Below are positions 36,228 to 46,629 of a stretch of DNA of 64,000 nucleotides, one piece after another. The translations under genes and the position numbers were made by a program. The notes under the pieces are model-generated. The model saw only the letters and a program-made list of their open reading frames with translations. It was not told the origin of the DNA and did no database searches. Source of the stretch: Eledone cirrhosa. Its lineage: Eukaryota. The first letter of the stretch is position 1. The number at the start of each line of letters is the position of its first letter. The stretch is taken from NCBI GenBank assembly GCA_964016885.1, contig OZ024764.1, forward strand, positions 2,046,001-2,110,000, written 5' to 3'.

Positions 36228-39200
36228 CTGCCAATATCAACAGAGCATGGGGAGAAGGGTCCACAAGTGACCACACAGTACAAAGAGGCCTGCCAATATC
36301 AACAAGACATGGGGAGAAGGGTCCACAAGTGATCACACAGTACGAAGGGGGCTGCCAATATCAACAGAGCATGGAGGGGTCCACAAGTGACCACACAGTA
36401 CGAAGGGGGCTGCCAATATCAACAGAGCATGGAGAGAAGGGTCCACAAGGGATCACACAGTACAATGGGGGCTGCCAATATCAACAAGACATGGAGAAAG
36501 GAGGCCACAAGTGACCACACAGTTCAAAGGGGGCTGCCAATATCAACAAGACATGGAGAGAAGGGTCCACAAGTGACCACACAGTACAAAGGGGGCTGCC
36601 AATATCAACAGAGCATGGGGAGAGGGGCCCACAAGTGACCACACAGTACAAAGGGGGCTGCCAATATCAACAAGACATGGGGAGAGGGGTCCACAAGTGA
36701 CCACACAGTACAAAGGGGGCTGCCAATATCAACAAGACATGGGGAGAGGGGTCCACAAGTGACCACCCAGTACAAAGGGGGCTGCCAATATCAACAAGAC
36801 ATGGGGAGAGGGGTCCAGAAGTGACCACACAGTACAAAGGGGGCTGCCAATATCAACAAGACATGGAGAGAGGGGTCCACAAGTGATCACACAGTACAAA
36901 GGGGGCTGCCAATATCAACAAGACATGGAGAGAGGGGTCCACAAGTGACCACACAGTACAAAGGGGCCTGCCAATATCAACAAGACATGGAGAGAGGGGT
37001 CCACAAGTGACCACACAGTACAAAGGGGGCTGCCAATATCAACAGAGCATGTGGAGAGGGGTCCACAAGTGATCACACAGTACAAAGGGGGCTGCCAATA
37101 TCAACAAGACATGGGCAGAGGGGTCCACAAGTGACCACACAGTACAAAGGGGGCTGCCAATATCAACAGAGCATGGAGAGAGGGGTCCACAAGTGACCAC
37201 ACAGTACAAAGGGGGCTGCCAATATCAACAAGACATGGGGAGAGGGGTCCACAAGTGACCACACAGTACAAAGGGGGCTGCCAATATCAACAAGACATGG
37301 GGAGAGGGGTCCACAAGTGACCACACAGTACAAAGGGGGCTGCCAATATCAACAAGACATGGGGAGAGGGGTCCACAAGTGACCACACAGTACAAAGGGG
37401 GCTGCCAATATCAACAGAGCATGGAGAGAGGGGTCCACAAGTGATCACACAGTACAAAGGGGCCTGCCAATATCAACAAGACATGGGGAGAGGGGTTCAC
37501 AAGTGATCACACAGTACAAAGGGGGCTGCCAATATCAACAAGACATGGGGAGAGGGGTCCACAAGTGACCACACAGTACAAAGGGGGCTGCCAATATCAA
37601 CAGAGCATGGAGAGAGGGGTCCACAAGTGATCACACAGTACAAAGGGGCCTGCCAATATCAACAAGACATGGGGAGAGGGGTCCACAAGTGACCACACAG
37701 TACAAAGGGGGCTGCCAATATCAACAAGACATGGGGAGAGGGGTTCACAAGTGACCACACAGTACAAAGGGGGCTGCCAATATCAACAAGACATGGGGAG
37801 TGGGGTCCACAAGTGATCACACAGTACGAAGGGGGCTGCCAATATCAACAGAGCATGGGGAGAGGGGTCCACAAGTGACCACACACTACAAAGGGGGCTG
37901 CCAATATCAACAAGACATGGAGAGAAGGGTCCACAAGTGACCACACAGTACAAAGGGGGCTGCCAATATCAACAAGACATGGAGAGAGGGGTCCACAAGT
38001 GACCACACAGTACAAAGGGGGCTGCCAATATCAACAAGACATGGGGAGAGGGGTCCACAAGTGACCACACACTACAAAGGGGGCTGCCAATATCAACAAG
38101 ACATGGAGAGAAGGGTCCACAAGTGACCACACAGTACAAAGGGGGCTGCCAATATCAACAAGACATGGAGAGAGGGGTCCACAAGTGACCACACAGTACA
38201 AAGGGGGCTGCCAATATCAACAAGACATGGGAAGAGGGGTCCACAAGTGACCACACAGTACAAAGGGGGCTGCCAATATCAACAAGACATGGAGAGAGGG
38301 GTCCACAAGTGACCACACAGTACAAAGGGGGCTGCCAATATCAACAGAGCATGGGGAGAGGGGTCCACAAGTGACCACACAGTACAAAGGGGGCTGCCAA
38401 TATCAACAGAGCATGGAGAGAGGGGTCCACAAGTGATCACACAGTACAAAGGGGGCTGCCAATATCAACAGAGCATGGAGAAAGGGGTCCACAAGTGACC
38501 ACACAGTACAAAGGGGGCTGCCAATATCAACAAGACATGGAGAGAGGGGTCCACAAGTGACCACACAGTACAAAATGGGCTGCCAATATCAACAAGACAT
38601 GGGAAGAGGGGTCCACAAGTGACCACACAGTACAAAGGGGGCTGCCAATATCAACAAGACATGGAGAGAGGGGTTCACAAGTGACCACACAGTACAAAGG
38701 GGGCTGCCAATATCAACAGAGCATGGGGAGAGGGGTCCACAAGTGACCACACAGTACAAAGGGGGCTGCCAATATCAACAAGACATGGAGAGAGGGGTCC
38801 ACAAGTGACCACACAGTACAAATGGGGCTGCCAATATCAACAGAGCATGGAGAGAGGGGTCCACAAGTGATCACACAGTACAAAGGGGGCTGCCAATATC
38901 AACAAGACATGGAGAGAGGGGTCCTCAAGTGATCACACAGTACAAAAGGGGCTGCCAATATCAACAGAGCATGGGGAGAGGGGGTCCACAAGTGACCACA
39001 CAGTACAAAGGGGGCTGCCAATATCAACAGAGCATGGGGAGAGGGGGTCCACAAGTGACCACACAGTACAAAGGGGGCTGCCAATATCAACAGAGCATGG
39101 GGAGAGAGGGGTCCACAAGTGACCACACAGTACAAAGGGGGCTGCCAATATCAACAAGACATGGAGAGAGGGGTCCACAAGTGACCACACAGTACAAAGG

Positions 39201-41434
39201 GGCCTGCCAATATCAACAAGACATGGGGAGAAGGGTCCACAAGTGATCACACAGTACAAAGGGGGCTGCCAATATCAACAAGACATGGAGAGAGGGGTCC
39301 ACAAGTGATCACACAGTACAAAGGGGGCTGCCAATATCAACAGAGCATGGGGAGAGGGGTCCACAATTGACCACACAGTACAAAGGGGGCTGCCAATATC
39401 AACAAGACATGGGGAGAGGGGGTCCACAAGTGACCACACAGTACAAAGGGGGCTGCCAATATCAACAAGACATGGGGAGAAGGGTCCACAAGTGATCGCA
39501 CAGTACAAAGGGGGCTGCCAATATCAACAAGACATGGGCAGAGGGGTCCACAAGTGATCACACAGTACAAAGGGGGCTGCCAATATCAACAAGACATGGG
39601 GAGAGGGGTCCACAAGTGATCACACAGTACAAAGGGGGCTGCCAATATCAACAAGACATGGAGAGAGGGGTCCACAAGTGACCACACAGTACAAAGGGGG
39701 CTGCCAATATCAACAACACATGGGGAGAGGGGTCCACAAGTGACCACACAGTAAAAAAGGGGGCTGCCAATATCAACAAGACATGGGGAGAGGGGTCCAC
39801 AAGTGACCACACAGTACAAAGGGGGCTGCCAATATCAACAAGACATGGAGAGAGGGGTCCACAAGTGACCACACAGTACAAAGGGGGCTGCCAATATCAA
39901 CAAGACATGGGGAGAAGGGTCCACAAGTGATCACATAGTAAAAAGGGGGCTGCCAATATCAACAAGACATGGAGAGAGGGGTCCACAAGTGATCACACAG
40001 TACGAAGGGGGCTGCCAATATCAACAAGACATGGAGAGAGGGGTCCACAAGTGACCACACTTTACGAAGGGGGCTGCCAATATCAACAAGACATGGGGAG
40101 AGGGGTCCACAAGTGATCACATAGTAAAAAGGGGGCTGCCAATATCAACAAGACATGAGGAGAGGGGTCCACAAGTGACCACACAGTACAAAGGGGGCTG
40201 CCAATATCAACAAGACATGGAGAGAGGGGTCCACAAGTGATCACATAGTAAAAAGGGGGCTGCCAATATCAACAAGACATGAGGAGAGGGGTCCACAAGT
40301 GATCACACAGTACAAAGGGGGCTGCCAATATCAACAAGACATGGAGAGAGGGGTCCACAAGTGACCACACAGTACAAAGGGGGCTGCCAATATCAACAAG
40401 ACATGGGGAGAGGGGTCCACAAGTGACCACACAGTACAAAGGGGGCTGCCAATATCAACAAGACATGGGGAGAGGGGTCCACAAGTGACCACACAGTACA
40501 AAGGGGGCTGCCAATATCAACAAGACATGGAGAGAGGGGTCCACAAGTGACCACACAGTACAAAGGGGGCTGCCAATATCAACAAGACATGGAGAGAGGG
40601 GTCCACAAGTGACCACACAGTACAAAGGGGGCTGCCAATATCAACAAGACATGGGGAGAAGGGTCCACAAGTTTCACATAGTAAAAAGGGGGCTGCCAAT
40701 ATCAACAAGACATGGAGAAAGGGGTCCACAAGTGATCACACAGTACGAAGGGGGCTGCCAATATCAACAAGACATGGAGAGAGGGGTCCAGAAGTGACCA
40801 CACATTACGAAGGGGGCTGCCAATATCAACAAGACATGGGGAGAGGGGTCCACAAGTGATCACATAGTAAAAAGGGGGCTGCCAATATCAACAAGACATG
40901 AGGAGAGGGGTCCACAAGTGACCACACAGTACAAAGGGGGCTGCCAATATCAACAAGACATGGAGAGAGGGGTCCACAAGTGATCACATAGTAAAAAGGG
41001 GGCTGCCAATATCAACAAGACATGGAGAGAGGGGTCCACAAGTGATCACACAGTACAAAGGGGGCTGCCAATATCAACAAGACATGAGGAGAGGGGTCCA
41101 CAAGTGATCACACAGTACAAAGGGGGCTGCCAATATCAACAAGACATGGAGAGAGGGGTCCACAAGTGATCGCATTAGTACAAAGGGGGCTGCCAATATC
41201 AACAGAGCATGGAGAGAAGGGTCCACAAGTGATCACACAGTACAAAGGGGGCTGCCAATATCAACAAGACATGGAGAGAGGGGTCCACAAGTGATCACAC
41301 AGTACAAAGGGGGCTGCCAATATCAACAAGACATGGGAAGAGGGGTCCACAAGTGACCACACAGTACAAAGGGGGCTGCCAATATCAACAGAGCATGGAG
41401 AGAGGGGTCCACAAGTGATCGCACAGTACGAAGG
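36228..41434 (+). repeat. 62-bp minisatellite (~84 units) from the mariner HTH1-coding segment
   Basis: GCTGCCAATATCAACAAGACATGGGGAGAGGGGTCCACAAGTGACCACACAGTACAAAGGGG. Confidence 0.97.
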
Positions 41435-41561
41435 TGGTTCAAGAAATTCCGTAGTGGTGATGAGAGCCTTGAAGATGAAGAAGGTGGAGGACAGTGATGC
41501 AGTCTTGACAATGAACAATTGAAAGCAATTGTTGAACAAAACCCACGTCAAAGTGTCAGAG

Positions 41562-42050
41562 AAATGTCTCAGGCACTTGGTGTCGGTATTGCAACAGTCT
41601 CACACCATCTGCAGAAGATTGGTAAGGTGAAAAAGCTCGATAAAATGTCTCAGGCACTTTGTGTCGGTATTGCAACGGTCTCACACCATCTGCAGAAGAT
41701 TGGTAAGGTGAAAAAGCTTGATAAAATGTCTCAGGCACTTGGTGTCAGTATTGCAATGGTCTCACGCCATCTGCAGAAGATTGGTAAGGTGAAAAAGCCT
41801 GATAAAATGTCTCAGGCACTTGGTCTCGCTATTGCAATGGTCTCACGCCATCTGCAGAAGATTGGTAAGGTGAAAAAGCTCGATAAAATGTCTCAGGCAC
41901 TTGGTGTCACTATTACAACAGTCTCACGCCATCTGCAGAAGATTGGTAAGGTGAAAAAGCCTGATAAAATGTCTCAGGCACTCGGTGTCGGTATTGCAAC
42001 GCTCTCACACCATCTGCAGAAGATTGGTAAGGTGAAAAAGCCTGATAACT
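41562..42050 (+). repeat. 81-bp in-frame tandem repeat x6 from the mariner HTH2-coding segment
   Basis: MSQALGVGIATVSHHLQKIGKVKKLDK (27 aa) six times in ORF 41519-42154; ATGs at 41564, 41645 and onward. Confidence 0.95.
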
Positions 42051-42282
42051 GGGTACCACATGATCTCAATGAAAACCAAAAAAAGTTCAGCGTTTTGAAG
42101 TGTGCTCGATGCTCTTTCTGCGAAACACCAATGATCCTTTTCTTGACCCAATAGTCAATAGACAGAGATGTATGGATGTACACGGCTCATACTTTGACTA
42201 ATCAAAACATTTCTGTTGTTAATTTTTCCAGAATAAAATTATGTTTCTGAAATCGGCCATTATTTTCGGAACAACCTAATAT

Positions 42283-42458
42283 CATCATCATCATCGTTTA
42301 ACGTCCATCTTCCACGCTAGCATGGCTTAGACGGGCGTTGTCCCACTTGAGGCAAGGCTGGTCGGGTGACCGTGTCTCGCTCGTATAGGACTATCTGGCA
42401 GGTTTTCTACAGCTGGATGCCCTTCCTAACACCAACCACGTTTACAGTGTGGACTGGG
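42283..42458 (-). mobile_element. SINE family A-related 3' part
   Basis: (CAT)n tail, TTCTACAGCTGGATGCCCTTCCTAACACCAACC and TTTACAGTGTGGACTGGG. A related tail occurs at 4377-4465. Confidence 0.85.
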
Positions 42459-42796
42459 AACATTTTGTTTCTGTGTGTGTGTGTTGTTGACAACACACAC
42501 ACAGAAACAAAATGGCGTAGGACAGAACAAAGGAGAGGCACAAAAAACAAAGAAAAGAATCCCCAGTCACTGAAGAGGTCACAGAGTGTGTGACGAAAGA
42601 ACTATGACAATATATAAACAACTTTCTGGTTGTGGAACCAACCAACCAACCAGAAATTTATAAATTTATTATAATAAATTGAAGTGAAAGCAACTGGTGC
42701 ATGTGTTTCTTATTGGCAACATGACCCTCCCAAAGTATAACAATATCGGTTTCAACACACGATTTCAGATAAAGAATCTTGCTAAAGAAATTCAGA

Positions 42797-42875
<79 letters not shown>

Positions 42876-42876
<1 letters not shown>

Positions 42877-43224
42877 GCACGCACATGGCTTAGTGGTTAG
42901 AGTATTTGCCTTGCAATCGAAAGGTTGTGAGTTCAATTCTCAGACCGGGTGATGTGTTGTTTCCTTGAGCAAGACACTTTATTTCACGTTGCTCCAGTTT
43001 ACTCAGCTGTAGAAATAAGATGATAGGGACTGGGGTCCCTATCATTCCACTGCAAAGTGGTCGTGGGGGTGTCACGGCAAAAAAGCACCCAGCACTCACT
43101 GTAAATGAGGTTGGTGTTAGGAAGGGCATCCAGCTGTAGAAATCAATCCAGAATCAGTTCCCATCCCACCCTTGCAAGCAGGGAAAAGCGGACGTAAAAT
43201 GAAATGATGAATGATGATGATGAT
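42876..43224 (+). mobile_element. SINE family A, full length (single internal unit)
   Basis: Same organisation as 22075-22415. Confidence 0.92.
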
Positions 43225-43326
43225 ATATATATATATAAAAAACTTGTTTTGGTGTATTATGTGGCTATGCTCGCCAGCTGCAGTTTTCAATTTGTCACGC
43301 TATCTAACGCATGTTAATTACTCTAG

Positions 43327-43487
43327 GGTGGTGGATTGGCAGTATCGGTAGAGAGTCGGACGCCATGTCGGTCTGAGTTCAAATCCCGCCGAGGTTCACT
43401 TTGCCCTTCATCCTTACGGGGTCGATAAAATAGAGTACCAGTAATGCACTGGATAATTGCTGGCCTTGTGCCAAAAGTAGAAACAGT
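43327..43487 (+). mobile_element. SINE family B with tRNA-like head
   Basis: TGGCAGTATCGGTAGAG..GAGTTCAAATCCCGCCGAGG..CATCCTTACGGGGTCGATAAAATA..GTAGAAACA. It is flanked by a direct repeat GTTAATTACTCTAGGGTG. Confidence 0.85.
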
Positions 43488-43709
43488 TAATTACTCTAGG
43501 GTGATACACCCTGTTACAGCGTCAGGTTCGATCTATAATATATCTTGCCTCGAGCTGATTGACAGTGAAACAGATGTAATATGTTATTAAATATGTTATG
43601 ATGGTTGCACTGAGTCCTTGTTCCTTTATCTTGCAGGGGCAGCTAGTGCTCAACCGGCATACCCCTACAGATGCATTTACCTGCAACCATACAACTATAT
43701 ATATATGTG

Positions 43710-43762
<53 letters not shown>

Positions 43763-44160
43763 ATGTGTGTGCGTGCATGCATGTATATATATATATATAT
43801 ATGTGTGTGTGTATGTAATGTATATATATGTGTGTGTGCGTGTATATATGTATATATATATATGTGTGTGTGTGCATGTGTGTGTATGTATATGTGTATA
43901 TATATATATATGTGTGTATGTGTGTATGTAATGTATATATATATATATGTGTGTGTGTGTATGTAATGTATATATATATATATATATATGTGTGTGCGTG
44001 TGTGTGCGTGTGTGCGTGTGTATATATATATGTGTGTGGTGTGTGTATGTATATGTATATATATATGTGTGTGTGTGTGGGTGTGTGTGTATATAATGTA
44101 TATATATATATATGTGCGTGTATGTATATATATATATGTGTATGTGTGTGTATGTATATG

Positions 44161-44198
<38 letters not shown>

Positions 44199-44209
44199 CG
44201 TGGTGTATG

Positions 44210-44240
<31 letters not shown>

Positions 44241-44311
44241 ATGTAATGTATATATATATGTGCAGTATGTGTGTGTATGTATATATATGTGTGTGTGCGT
44301 GTGTGCGTGTG

Positions 44312-44342
<31 letters not shown>

Positions 44343-44388
44343 AATGTATATATATATATGTGCCTGTGTGTGTGTGCGTGTGTGTATG

Positions 44389-44443
<55 letters not shown>

Positions 44444-44453
44444 AATGTATATA

Positions 44454-45054
44454 GGCATAGGTTAATTATAACGTTCGCGAAACTGAAAGTGGATTTTCTG
44501 ACAAGTGAATGTGTGTTTTTTTTTTTTACAATGAAATTTACGATACACTCTTTGTTTATTTACAACAGGTCTCTATAGTGATATGGTGTTAATTAGTATT
44601 GCGTGTGTGATTATTTTCTCATATATATATGTGTGGGTGTGTATATGTGTGTATATATATGTGTGTCTGTATGTATATATATATGTGTGTTTGTGTCATC
44701 ATCATCGTTTAGATGTTTTTGTAATATCTTGCCAAAGTTGGCACCAACTATAAACAAATTAAGGCCGGGTCATAAGAAGGACAGAGAATGATAAGGGATT
44801 TGGGTAAAAACATCTAAACGATGATGATGACACAAACACATATATATATATACAAACACACATATATATACACACATATATATATGAGAAAATAATCATA
44901 CACGCAATACTAATTAACACCATATCACTATAGAGACCTGTTGTAAATAAACAAAGAGTGTATCGTAAATTTCACTGTAAAAAAAAAAAAAAAAACACCT
45001 TCACTTGTCAGAAAATCCACTTTCAGTTTCGCGAACGTTATAATTAACCTATGC

Positions 45055-45055
<1 letters not shown>
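44454..45055. repeat. Long inverted repeat (~250-267-bp arms, 85-bp spacer) inside a compound microsatellite
   Basis: 44454-44720 (GGCATAGGTTAATTATAACGTTCGCG...CGTTTAGATGTTTTT) pairs with 44806-45055. Confidence 0.93.
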
Positions 45056-45086
<31 letters not shown>

Positions 45087-45157
45087 TGCGTGTGTGTGTG
45101 CGCGCGTGTGTGTGTGTATATGTATATATATATATGTGCGTGTGTGTGCGCGCGCGA

Positions 45158-45219
<62 letters not shown>

Positions 45220-45283
45220 AATGTATATATATATATGCGTGTGTGTTCGCATGTGTGTATGTATATGTATATATATATATATA

Positions 45284-45314
<31 letters not shown>

Positions 45315-45361
45315 ATATATATATATGTGCGTGTGTGTGTGCGCGCGTGTGTGTGTATATG

Positions 45362-45422
<61 letters not shown>

Positions 45423-45529
45423 AATGTATATATATATATGCGTGTGTATGTATATGTATATATATATATGTGTGTGTGTGTGTATATGTATATATATATA
45501 TATATATATGTGCGTGTGTGTGTGCGCGA

Positions 45530-45621
<92 letters not shown>

Positions 45622-45846
45622 AATGTATATATATATATATGCGTGTGTGTTCGCATGTGTGTATGTATATGTATATATATATATGTGTGTGTGTGTGTGT
45701 ATGTAATGTATATATATATATGCGTGTGTGTTCGCATGTGTGTATGTATATGTATATATATATATATGTGTGTGTGTGTGCGCGCGTGTGTGTGTGTATA
45801 TATATATATATGTGCGTGTGTGTGTGCGCGCGTGTGTGTGTATATG

Positions 45847-45895
<49 letters not shown>

Positions 45896-46017
45896 AATGT
45901 ATATATATATATATGCGTGTGTATGTATATGTATATATATATGTGTGTGTGTGTGTATATGTATATATATATATATATATGTGCGTGTGTGTGTGCGCGC
46001 GTGTGTGTGTATATGTG

Positions 46018-46106
<89 letters not shown>

Positions 46107-46154
46107 AATGTATATATATATATGCGTGTGTGTTCGCATGTGTGTATGTATATG

Positions 46155-46185
<31 letters not shown>

Positions 46186-46629
46186 ATGTAATGTATATAT
46201 ATATATGTGCCTGTGTGTGCGAGCGTGTGTGTATGTATATGTACATGTATATATATGTGTGTGTGTGTGCGTGTGTATATATATATATATATATACACAC
46301 ACATATATATATATAATTGGTGTTGGATGCTTAAAGTGTCCGTATGTGGTAGGCCGTATGAGCACTCAATGCCCTCATAGAGCAGAGTATGATATATCAC
46401 AGAAAAAAGAGAATAGGAAAATCTGCTTCGTAGAATCGAGACGTATCCGAGGACCTTGCGATTTCAGAGTCAGGTTTGATCACCACATCGATCGTGCCAG
46501 CTGGTCGCCAGAGAAACGATTGTAATATGTCCAATAAATTCCTTTCGTCTCAACACTGATTCTCTTTTTTCTGTGATATATATATATATATGTGTATATA
46601 TATATATGTGTATATATATATATATATAT

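Larger units (their letters stand above)
35982..42279 (+). mobile_element. Hsmar1-like mariner with both TIRs, catalytic domain deleted, inflated to 6.3 kb by two internal arrays
   Basis: TA|TTAGGTTGTTCCGGAAA ... TTTCGGAACAACCTAA|TA. Collapsed translation: AANINRAWGEGSTSDHTVRRWFKKFRSGDESLEDEE..LKAIVEQNPRQSVREMSQALGV..HLQKIGKVKK..WVPHDLNENQK..RFEVCSMLFLRNTNDPFLD. Confidence 0.95.

Noticed and set aside
41519-42154. Domesticated SETMAR-like gene
   Set aside because: No SET domain or catalytic domain, an upstream stop and frame-breaking array, and it lies between transposon TIRs.
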